This document shows, piece by piece, positions 35,086-43,394 of a stretch of DNA of 58,880 nucleotides. The DNA comes from Gemmataceae bacterium. Its GTDB lineage: Bacteria > Planctomycetota > Planctomycetia > Gemmatales > Gemmataceae. The notes beneath the pieces are model-generated. The model was not told the origin of the DNA. It worked only from the letters and a program-made list of their open reading frames with translations, and did not search any database. The stretch spans positions 1 through 58,880 of the forward strand of contig CAXNFS010000001.1 in assembly GCA_964201235.1 (NCBI GenBank). The letters run 5' to 3'. The translations under genes were made by a program, and so were the position numbers. Within the stretch, counting starts at the first letter, position 1; each line of letters opens with the position of its first letter.

Positions 35086-36597
35086 ATGGCTACAAGCGTA
35101 CCTCCAATCCGAATTACACTATGCAATAATCGCCCTATAAATCATGAGGGGGATTTTGTTCTTTACTGGATGATTGCTAATCGAAGAATGGATTCCAACT
35201 ATAGCCTTCAACGAGCAATCGAATGGTGCATCGAATTAAAAAAGCCATTAGTCATTCTCGAAGCACTTCGGATTAATTATCCATGGGCAAGCCAAAGACT
35301 TCATAAATTCGTAATTGATGGCATGAAAGATAATGCAAATGCGGTCGAACTCGAAGGCAATAAAGGGGTATTGTACTATCCTTATTTAGAACCTAAGCAC
35401 GGTGATCAAGCTGGATTGCTCGAATCTTTATCCAAAAAAGCCTGTGCAGTAGTTACTGATGATTTTCCTTCTTTCTTTATTCCTGCAATGATTCGACTGG
35501 TTTCGAGCCAAATTCCGGTCCTCTTTGAAAAAGTTGATTCTAATGGAATACTTCCGCTTCATTCTACCGATCGTGTTTTTACCACAGCATTTTCATTCAG
35601 AGCCTATTTGCATAAAAACTTGATAGAGTATCTCGGAGATTTTCCAAAGCAAAATCCACTTACAGGGATTGATCTTCCCAAATTCGGGGAATTACCCAAA
35701 CAAATAACAAACAAATGGCCTTCAGCTTTACCGATACTCAGAGCCAAAGGTGACAAGTTTATTGAAGGCCTTAGTATCGATCATTCTGTAAAAGCATCTT
35801 TCATTTTAGGGGGCGCAAAGGCTGCAAAAAAAGCTACAGAACTATTCTTAAAATCTAATCTTATTCAGTACAAAGATTTAGGAAATGAGCCAGATGAAAA
35901 TGTGCGTAGTGGTCTTTCCCCATACCTTCATTTTGGACACATTTCTTCGCATTATGTATTCAAACAGCTCGCTAAGCAAGAGGGCTGGAACCCTTCACAT
36001 TTGTCTGCAAAAGGCGGAGGTAAAAGGGAAGGGTGGTGGAATATGAGCCCCGCTGCTGAATCTTTCCTCGACGAGTTAATTACATGGCGTGAAATTGGCT
36101 ACAATATGTGTTCTAAGCGTCTTGATTACGATCGTTACGAATCGTTGCCTTCCTGGGCTAAAGACAGCTTAAAAAAACACACTAGCGATAAAAGACCCTT
36201 TATTTACACTCTAGATGAGTTTCAAGCATGCAAGACGCATGATGCCTTGTGGAACGCTGCGCAAAATCAACTTAATAATGAGGGAAGAATTCATAACTAC
36301 CTTCGAATGCTTTGGGGGAAAAAGATTTTAGAATGGTGTGAAACCCCTCAAGATGCGCTCAAAATTATGATTGAACTCAATAACAAATTAGCTCTTGATG
36401 GGCGGAATCCAAACTCATACAGTGGGATTTTCTGGGTTTTAGGAAGATATGACCGGCCTTGGGGCCCTGAAAGGCCAATTTTTGGATCTATCCGTTTTAT
36501 GAGTTCAGTTAACACTCAAAAAAAACTCAATGTTAAAAAATACCTTGCTAAATATGGCGTAGATTCAAATACTCAAGGTGAATTTAATTTCTCTTAA
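35086..36597 (+). CDS. phr: Deoxyribodipyrimidine photolyase, class II
   Basis: 503 aa. It has FVLYWM.ANRR, SPYLHFGHIS, FLDELITWREIGYN, GRIHNYLRMLWGKKILEW and DGRNPNSY.GI.W. These blocks are characteristic of class II CPD photolyases. Confidence 0.9.
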   Translation: MATSVPPIRITLCNNRPINHEGDFVLYWMIANRRMDSNYSLQRAIEWCIELKKPLVILEALRINYPWASQRLHKFVIDGMKDNANAVELEGNKGVLYYPYLEPKHGDQAGLLESLSKKACAVVTDDFPSFFIPAMIRLVSSQIPVLFEKVDSNGILPLHSTDRVFTTAFSFRAYLHKNLIEYLGDFPKQNPLTGIDLPKFGELPKQITNKWPSALPILRAKGDKFIEGLSIDHSVKASFILGGAKAAKKATELFLKSNLIQYKDLGNEPDENVRSGLSPYLHFGHISSHYVFKQLAKQEGWNPSHLSAKGGGKREGWWNMSPAAESFLDELITWREIGYNMCSKRLDYDRYESLPSWAKDSLKKHTSDKRPFIYTLDEFQACKTHDALWNAAQNQLNNEGRIHNYLRMLWGKKILEWCETPQDALKIMIELNNKLALDGRNPNSYSGIFWVLGRYDRPWGPERPIFGSIRFMSSVNTQKKLNVKKYLAKYGVDSNTQGEFNFS

Positions 36598-36615
36598 TCT
36601 AAACCTGAATAGCAT

Positions 36616-36870
36616 ATGAAGAAAAAATGCTGGGTCGTTTATATGCTTCGTTGTTCAGACAATTCACTTTACACAGGTATAAGCAAAGATGTAAACAAAC
36701 GATTGCTTGCACACAATTGTGGCAAAGCCTCCCGCTACACCCGTTGCAGAAGGCCTGTGCAGATTGTTTATTTACAACAAAACTTTGGCCATTCTGCAGC
36801 ATTGAAACGCGAATTCCAGATAAAATCATTCACAAAAAAACAAAAAGAATCCCTAATTATTCAACCTTGA
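36616..36870 (+). CDS. GIY-YIG nuclease family protein (UPF0213-like)
   Basis: 84 aa. WVVYMLRCSDNSLYTGISKDVNKRLLAHNCG...KREFQIK shows the GIY/YIG elements with conserved Arg and Glu. Confidence 0.85.
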   Translation: MKKKCWVVYMLRCSDNSLYTGISKDVNKRLLAHNCGKASRYTRCRRPVQIVYLQQNFGHSAALKREFQIKSFTKKQKESLIIQP

Positions 36871-37002
36871 TAGTTGTTTTCTTTGCTTTCATTTGTTTGC
36901 AAAAATCCAAATAATTCTACTTCAATCTTTCGCAAACCTTGAGTTTGGAGTAGGTTAATATGCTGATTTACTTTTTCCCCAACCTTTCAAAAGGTATTTT
37001 TC

Positions 37003-40000
37003 ATGCTTAGGTTTTTAATTTTACTTCTTACCACCATTTTTTTGGCAATTGTTCCAGCTTGGGGCAACGAAAAACAAGCCGATAACAAAAAGAAACCGAT
37101 TAAAGCCCTTTTGGTAACTGGCGGTTGTTGCCATGATTATGAACGACAAAAATTAATTCTAACACAGGGTATATCCGCTCGTGCTGATGTAGAATGGACC
37201 ATCGTTCATCAGGGCGGCAGCACCACGAACACCAAAATTCCCCTTTATGAAAACCCTGATTGGGCCAAAGGGTTTGATGTTGTTGTTCATAATGAATGTT
37301 TTGCAGATGTAAAAGATTTAGCTTGGGTTGAAACAATTCTTAAGCCACATCGTGAAGGATTACCAGCAGTTCTTATCCACTGCTCCATGCATTGCTACCG
37401 TACAGGAACCGACAAATGGTTTGAGTTTACTGGAGTTCAATCGCCTAACCATGGACCACACTATGGTTACACGGTTAAAAACCTTCAGAAAAACCATCCG
37501 ATCATGAAGGGTTTTGGCGACACTTGGGAAGTTGGTAAAGGTGAACTTTACCATACGGTTAAAGTTTGGCCTCGGGCGGTTCCCCTTGCTGAAGCACCTA
37601 AAAAAGCGGATGGCCAACCTCAGGTTTGTATCTGGACCAATGAATATGGCAAAGGAAAGGTTTTTGCAACCACCATCGGACATTATAACGAAACTATGGT
37701 TGATCCTACTTATCTTGATACCGTTACAAAAGGTTTGCTTTGGAGTGTTGGCAGAACTGATGAAGCTGATTTCCGGAAAACCAATGAAAAAACCAATAAC
37801 GAAATTAAAGCTCTTGCAAACATCGCAATTAAAATCAAACCTGAACCCGCAAAAACTAGTCAATCATGTTGCAAAGAAGGTAACTTAGCTTTTGGAAAAG
37901 ATACCAAAGCATCATCTGAAGAAAAAGTTAAGAATAACTTTTCCAAAAATGCAGTTGATGGTGATTTAGGTTCTAGATGGTGTGCATCCTCAGGAGCAAA
38001 AAATGAATGGTGGCAGGTCGACCTAGGTAAGTCTGAAAAGATTAGCAACATTCGTATTCATTGGGAAAAACCGAATGTTGCCTATCAATACAAAGTTGAA
38101 AGCTCATTGGATCAAAAAGAATGGACTATGGTTGTTGATAATTCCGCCAACGACAAGAAACTAAGAATAGTCCCCCATTCCGTAAGCGTAAAAGAAGCAC
38201 GATACCTCAGAATTACCTGCGTAGGGGCTAATGCAGCTAATTGGTCATGCTTTTGGGAATTTGAAGCTTATGCAGACAAAATGCCCGAACTTCCTAAAGA
38301 TGTTACCAATAATATCCAGAGCAACACTCCACCAAATAATACTGAAACAACTTTGGCGGATGTAAAAGCTCCTGACGATTTCGAAGTTTCGATTTTTGGA
38401 AAACCTCCTGAAGTTAATTATCCCGTATGCATTGCAACGGCTTCTCCAGGGGAATTATTTGTTGGAGTTGATGAGCAGGGCTCTTTGGGAAAAGAAAAAG
38501 GTCGAGGAAAAATCCTTCGCTGCCTAGACACCGATAATGATGGCAAAGCTGACAAATTTAATACTTTTGCAACTGTGGATCATCCCCGTGGACTCTTTTA
38601 TGACAACGGTTCCCTTTGGGTTTTACATCCACCTTTTCTTAGCGTTTTTCATGACGACAACTTGGATGGCGTTTCTGATAGACACGAGGTTCTTATCACG
38701 GGAATTAGTACCGATCAAGTTGGTAAAAGAGGTGCTGATCATACGACAAATAATATTCACATGGGAATTGATGGCTGGATTTACATCGCAGTTGGCGACT
38801 TTGGTTTTTCAGAGGCTAAGGGTACAGATGGAACGACTCTGAGCAGGCGTGGGGGCGGAGTTGTTCGAGTGCGACCAGATGGCAAGGAAATGGAAATTTA
38901 CGCTTGGGGCTTACGAAACATTCTAGATGTTTGCATTGATCCCTTCATGAATATTTTCACGCGCGATAACACTAACGATGGTGGGGGTTGGAATGTCCGC
39001 GTCAATCATATCATGCAATCTGCTGAGTATGGCTACCCTAGTCTTTACATGAATTTTGCAGATGAACTCATGCCACCGTTGGGTGATTATGGTGGCGGTT
39101 CGGGTTGTGGTGGCGTTTATGTTCACGACAGTCGTTGGCCAAAACCTTATGGAAATTCAGCATTCACTTGTGATTGGGGGCGTTCGGAAGTTTACCGGCA
39201 CACTTTAACCCCTAATGGTGCTAGTTTTAACCCTCACCAAGAAGTCTTTCTTAAAATCCCCAGGCCAACTGATGCAGATATAGATGCTAGCGGAGCGCTA
39301 TATGTAAGCAGTTGGAAAAATGGCGGATTTAATTACAGTGGCCCAAATGTCGGTTTTATCACAAGAGTTATCCCCAAAGGTTTTCACCCATCAGCTCTTC
39401 AAGATTTGAAAAAATATTCAGTTGAAAACCTTGTTGATAGCCTAAATAATCCGAGTGCTGTTCAAAGATTAAAAATTCAACGCGAGATATTAAGGCGGGG
39501 TAAAAACCAGCAAACAACAACCAAATTGGAAGACCTTTCATCTAATAAATCATTGCCCCCTGAAGTTAGAGTTGCTGCACTTTACACTCTTAAACAACTT
39601 GATGGCGTAGACGCTAATAAGTTTCTTCTTGCCATTTGCTCAGATCCGCAAATGCAGGAACATGCATTAAGGGTAGTCACCGATAGAAACAAAGAGTTGT
39701 TCATAATGGTAGATGGAAAACAAGTTCCATTACCTATGGATAGTTTTTCAAATGCTTTAAAAAGTGAAAATCTTAAAGCAAAAGCTCAGGCGATTATATC
39801 TCTAGGAAGGCTTCCAAATAATCCCCTTTCAAAAGAAGTACTTTCTTTAACTAAACGAACCTCTGGGCAAAACTCTCCCAAAGAAACGATCAACCACGCA
39901 AACCCAGATTTGGAAAGAGTCATTCCCCACCTTGCTATTAGAACTTTAGTCCAAACTGACTCAACACAAGTTTGTCTGGATTCAATAGGGAATGATTTTA

Positions 40001-40893
40001 CCCCCGGGGCATTTTGGGCTTTACGATATATGCATAATGATAAAGCAGTATCAGGGTTGATTCAAAAATACAGTTCTATGCCTAACAATCTTGTTAAATC
40101 CGAAATTCTAAGCACACTAACAAGGCTTTATTTCAAAGAAGCTATTTACAAAGGGGATTGGTGGGGAACTAGACCAGACAACAGCGGCCCCTATTACGAT
40201 AGGCAACCTTGGGACCAAACTAACCGTATAGGCGAATTTCTTAAAACAACCATGTTTAGTCTAGATGATAAATCTAAATCAGAATTGGCTAAACAACTTG
40301 CATTGCATAAAGTTCCATTAAATGAACCAAAGCTTTATTCTCCTTCGATCACTAAAGAAGAGAATCAAAAACCAATTGTGATTCCAATAGCCAACCCTAA
40401 AGACCCAAACCTTATTGCCAATTTAAGTTTTGAAACTACGATGCAAAGAGCCATGGCTATAAAAGGGATCCCGGAAAAAGGAAAGATTCTTTTTAATTCC
40501 AATACTTGCTCTTCATGTCACACTGATGCCAACGGCTTGCAACCAAAAGGCCCGCACCTAGTTGATATTGGAAAACGCTACAAAAAAAATGAACTAATAG
40601 AATCGATCCTAAAACCCGATGCAAAAATTGCACAGGGGTTTGAAACACTCGCATTCACTACGAAAAGCGGCAAAATTATTACAGGTTTTGTTGTAGGCGA
40701 AAGTGCGCAGATAATTCTTTTAAGGCAAAATACAGGTTTGTCTTTGGATCTTAAAAAGGATTTAATTGACGAACGAACCCCTTTGAAAAATTCTATGATG
40801 CCTGCAGGCCTTGTAAATAACCTTACCCCAGAACAGCTTTCTGATTTGCTTGCTTACCTTGATTCCTTAAATGGTTCTCCAGTTAAGAAATAA
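37003..40893 (+). CDS. PVC-type giant fusion: ThuA domain + F5/8 type C (discoidin) + sugar-dehydrogenase-like beta-propeller + HEAT repeats + c-type cytochrome
   Basis: A signal peptide is followed by the ThuA-like KALLVTGGCCHDY...IHCSMHCY. The discoidin block is AVDGDLGSRWC...WWQVDLG...YLRI. The propeller blocks are PRGLFYDNGSLWV and GLRN. The C-terminus has C1169-S-S-C-H (40507-40521) plus MP as in heme-binding domains. Confidence 0.85.
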   Translation: MLRFLILLLTTIFLAIVPAWGNEKQADNKKKPIKALLVTGGCCHDYERQKLILTQGISARADVEWTIVHQGGSTTNTKIPLYENPDWAKGFDVVVHNECFADVKDLAWVETILKPHREGLPAVLIHCSMHCYRTGTDKWFEFTGVQSPNHGPHYGYTVKNLQKNHPIMKGFGDTWEVGKGELYHTVKVWPRAVPLAEAPKKADGQPQVCIWTNEYGKGKVFATTIGHYNETMVDPTYLDTVTKGLLWSVGRTDEADFRKTNEKTNNEIKALANIAIKIKPEPAKTSQSCCKEGNLAFGKDTKASSEEKVKNNFSKNAVDGDLGSRWCASSGAKNEWWQVDLGKSEKISNIRIHWEKPNVAYQYKVESSLDQKEWTMVVDNSANDKKLRIVPHSVSVKEARYLRITCVGANAANWSCFWEFEAYADKMPELPKDVTNNIQSNTPPNNTETTLADVKAPDDFEVSIFGKPPEVNYPVCIATASPGELFVGVDEQGSLGKEKGRGKILRCLDTDNDGKADKFNTFATVDHPRGLFYDNGSLWVLHPPFLSVFHDDNLDGVSDRHEVLITGISTDQVGKRGADHTTNNIHMGIDGWIYIAVGDFGFSEAKGTDGTTLSRRGGGVVRVRPDGKEMEIYAWGLRNILDVCIDPFMNIFTRDNTNDGGGWNVRVNHIMQSAEYGYPSLYMNFADELMPPLGDYGGGSGCGGVYVHDSRWPKPYGNSAFTCDWGRSEVYRHTLTPNGASFNPHQEVFLKIPRPTDADIDASGALYVSSWKNGGFNYSGPNVGFITRVIPKGFHPSALQDLKKYSVENLVDSLNNPSAVQRLKIQREILRRGKNQQTTTKLEDLSSNKSLPPEVRVAALYTLKQLDGVDANKFLLAICSDPQMQEHALRVVTDRNKELFIMVDGKQVPLPMDSFSNALKSENLKAKAQAIISLGRLPNNPLSKEVLSLTKRTSGQNSPKETINHANPDLERVIPHLAIRTLVQTDSTQVCLDSIGNDFTPGAFWALRYMHNDKAVSGLIQKYSSMPNNLVKSEILSTLTRLYFKEAIYKGDWWGTRPDNSGPYYDRQPWDQTNRIGEFLKTTMFSLDDKSKSELAKQLALHKVPLNEPKLYSPSITKEENQKPIVIPIANPKDPNLIANLSFETTMQRAMAIKGIPEKGKILFNSNTCSSCHTDANGLQPKGPHLVDIGKRYKKNELIESILKPDAKIAQGFETLAFTTKSGKIITGFVVGESAQIILLRQNTGLSLDLKKDLIDERTPLKNSMMPAGLVNNLTPEQLSDLLAYLDSLNGSPVKK

Positions 40894-40981
40894 AATGTCA
40901 TTCACTTATCAGGATTAACATAGCGCACTGTTCAAAATAGCTGTACTTTCCATTAATTACACAACCCCATGGAGTTTCAAA

Positions 40982-41713
40982 ATGCAAATTTTTGGCAAAC
41001 TAATCAAGACTTTTATGTTCTTATCTTTGCTTGGCTTTATAAGCTTTAGCAGCTTAACTATCGCTCAAGAATCAGCTAAATTAGTTACGGGTGAAGGTGA
41101 GGGTTGGGTACCTCTTACTGAAAATGACTTCCAAAATGTTAACACCGCGCCAGATACTTGGAAATGGATGGATGGCACCATTTTTTGCAAAGGTACTCCA
41201 GTTGGTGTGACTAGAAGTAAGAAAAAATATACCAACTTTGAAATGGTTGCCACTTGGCGCCATATGAAACATGCAGGTAACTCAGGAATTTTTCTTTGGG
41301 CCAGCGAAGATGGGCTAGAAGGTCTTAAACCAAATCAACTTCCTAAAGCAGGAATTGAAGTTCAAATCCTTGATCATGGTTATGCTGAAAACTACGAAAA
41401 AGCGAACAAGAAAAAGTCTGACTGGTTCACTACACATGGCGATGTTTTCCCTGTAGGCAAATCAAAAATGACACCTTTTGAACCAAAATCTCCTAAAGGT
41501 AGCCGTAGTTTCCCTTCAAAAAACCTTTCCAAGGGAGTTGGAGAATGGAACCACTATTACATCAAGGCAATTAATGGCGAGGTTCGCCTTTGGGTTAATG
41601 GGGAACAAGTTTCAGGCGGAAAAGATTGCGATCCTAAAACTGGTTATTTGTGTTTGGAATCTGAAGGCTCCCCAGTTGAATTCAAAGGACTAAAAATCAA
41701 GGAACTTCCATAG
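40982..41713 (+). CDS. DUF1080 (3-keto-disaccharide hydrolase family) protein, secreted
   Basis: A signal peptide is followed by GWVPLTENDF...W.W.DGTIFC, NSGIFLW, EVQILD, WNHYYIKAINGEVRLWVNG and GYLCLESEGSPVEFKGLKIKEL. Confidence 0.85.
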   Translation: MQIFGKLIKTFMFLSLLGFISFSSLTIAQESAKLVTGEGEGWVPLTENDFQNVNTAPDTWKWMDGTIFCKGTPVGVTRSKKKYTNFEMVATWRHMKHAGNSGIFLWASEDGLEGLKPNQLPKAGIEVQILDHGYAENYEKANKKKSDWFTTHGDVFPVGKSKMTPFEPKSPKGSRSFPSKNLSKGVGEWNHYYIKAINGEVRLWVNGEQVSGGKDCDPKTGYLCLESEGSPVEFKGLKIKELP

Positions 41714-41756
41714 TTCTCTAATTTCCAGAAACCCATTGTATTAATAAGGCAGGATC

Positions 41757-43097
41757 ATGATTAAGAAATTTTCTAGAAGAAAATTCGTTAAAGCTTCATT
41801 GGCTGGTACTTCCGGTTTTATTCTATCCGCCCCGAATTATATCCGAGCAAAAGACACTTATAACAAGTTAAACATTGCAATTGTTGGGGCAGGGGGTAGA
41901 GGCGCAGGAAACCTTGCAGGGGTATCTTCAGAAAATATTGTTGCACTTTGTGATGTTAATTCTGAAGCAATTGCTAAAGCTTCAGTAACACATAACAAAG
42001 CAAAAAAGTTTTCTGACTTTCGAAAGATGTTTGAAAACGCCAAGGATTTTGATGCTGTTGTGGTAAGCACCTGTGAACACACTCATGCATTTGTAACACT
42101 TGCCGCCTTAAAATCGGGCAAGCATGTTTATTGCGAAAAACCGTTGACTCACAATATTTGGGAAGCTCGTATCATCCGAGAGGTTGCTGCGAAAACCAAT
42201 GTTGCAACTCAAATGGGAATACAAATTCACGCAGGTGAAAATTACCGCAGAGTGGTTGAACTCATCCAAACTAATGCCATAGGCCCTGTAAGGGAAGTTC
42301 ATGTTTGGGTTGGAAGAGCTTGGGGATTACAATCGCAGGAAGACTCTAAAAAGAATGGTGATATTGTCCATGTAACTGAAAGGCCTAAAGAAACCAGTGC
42401 TATTCCGACAGGGCTAGATTGGGATCTATGGGTTGGACCCGCTCCGTTTAGGCCATTCAACACAGTTTATTTTCCGGGACCAAAATGGTATCGATGGTGG
42501 GATTTCGGCAATGGCACAATGTCGGACTTGGGAAGCCACTGGAACGATCTGCCATTTTGGGCGCTAAAACTTAAAGCTCCTACAAGTATTGAAGCTTCGG
42601 GCCCAAAACCCCATCTTGAAATTGCTCCAGCATCGATGCAAGCCACCTACGAATTTCCTGCACGCGGAGAAATGCCCGCTGTTAAAATGGTTTGGTATCA
42701 AGGTGCAAACAAGCCTCCTCATTTGACTGAAGGAAAAATCCCTGCATGGAATAGCGGAGTATTATTTATTGGTGATAAAGGTATGCTGCTCTCTGATTAC
42801 AGCAAGCATGCACTATTACCAGAAAAAGAATTTGTTGATTTCAAAAAACCCGAGCCATTCATTCCAAAATCAATTGGTCATTACGCAGAATGGCTGCAAG
42901 CATGTAAAACAGGTTCCCCAACAACTTGTAACTTCGAATATTCCGGTTGGCTCACGGAATCCAATCACCTTGGTAATGTCGCATTTAGAGCTGGAAAAAA
43001 ACTTATTTGGGATGCAGATAAAATAAAAGCAACGAATTGCCCGGAAGCTGATCCGATGATCAAAAGAGAATACAGAAAAGGTTGGGATCTAGTTTAA
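41757..43097 (+). CDS. Gfo/Idh/MocA family oxidoreductase with Tat signal
   Basis: [16 protein letters not shown] is a twin-arginine leader. [13 protein letters not shown] is the Rossmann motif and YCEKPL is the family motif. Confidence 0.9.
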   Translation: MIKKFSRRKFVKASLAGTSGFILSAPNYIRAKDTYNKLNIAIVGAGGRGAGNLAGVSSENIVALCDVNSEAIAKASVTHNKAKKFSDFRKMFENAKDFDAVVVSTCEHTHAFVTLAALKSGKHVYCEKPLTHNIWEARIIREVAAKTNVATQMGIQIHAGENYRRVVELIQTNAIGPVREVHVWVGRAWGLQSQEDSKKNGDIVHVTERPKETSAIPTGLDWDLWVGPAPFRPFNTVYFPGPKWYRWWDFGNGTMSDLGSHWNDLPFWALKLKAPTSIEASGPKPHLEIAPASMQATYEFPARGEMPAVKMVWYQGANKPPHLTEGKIPAWNSGVLFIGDKGMLLSDYSKHALLPEKEFVDFKKPEPFIPKSIGHYAEWLQACKTGSPTTCNFEYSGWLTESNHLGNVAFRAGKKLIWDADKIKATNCPEADPMIKREYRKGWDLV

Positions 43098-43133
43098 AGT
43101 CAAATACTAATTTTAATACGGAAGGAACCGTTG

Positions 43134-43394
43134 ATGATTTCTGAAAACAAAACAGCGCCCCATAACGATAATTCAACCCTAGGTTTTGTATTTTTTTTCT
43201 TTTATGTGGCACTCTACTCATTCTTTGTTTTTTTAAATGCTTTTTTCCCAGAAAAGATGACCTCCTTCACTATTTCAGGAATCAACTTACCTGTTATTTA
43301 TGGTTTTATTTTAATAACCAGTGCTGTTTTACTTTCCTTAATTTACAGTTATGTTTTACGAAAAAAGGGCAACCATTCTGGAGATAGTAACTAG
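43134..43394 (+). CDS. DUF485 small membrane protein (YjcH-like partner of ActP)
   Basis: Two TM helices, sitting immediately upstream of the symporter and overlapping it by 1 nt (TAGTG). GGAAGGA lies 7 nt before ATG 43134. Confidence 0.8.
   Translation: MISENKTAPHNDNSTLGFVFFFFYVALYSFFVFLNAFFPEKMTSFTISGINLPVIYGFILITSAVLLSLIYSYVLRKKGNHSGDSN

Noticed and set aside
36599-36914. Alternative ORFs (36627-36914 on +, 36599-36829 on -) overlapping the GIY-YIG gene.
   Set aside because: Only the 36616-36870 frame gives the GIY...YIG...R...E nuclease motifs. The others are shadow frames.
37360-37863. 167-aa antisense ORF inside the ThuA-domain region. Similar embedded antisense ORFs occur at 48356-48766, 28102-28500, 14914-15315, 19937-20317 and 1366-1746.
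   Set aside because: Each lies entirely opposite a long ORF with strong, recognisable family motifs. Their translations are low-complexity or compositionally odd and match no family I recognise. They look like typical shadow ORFs.
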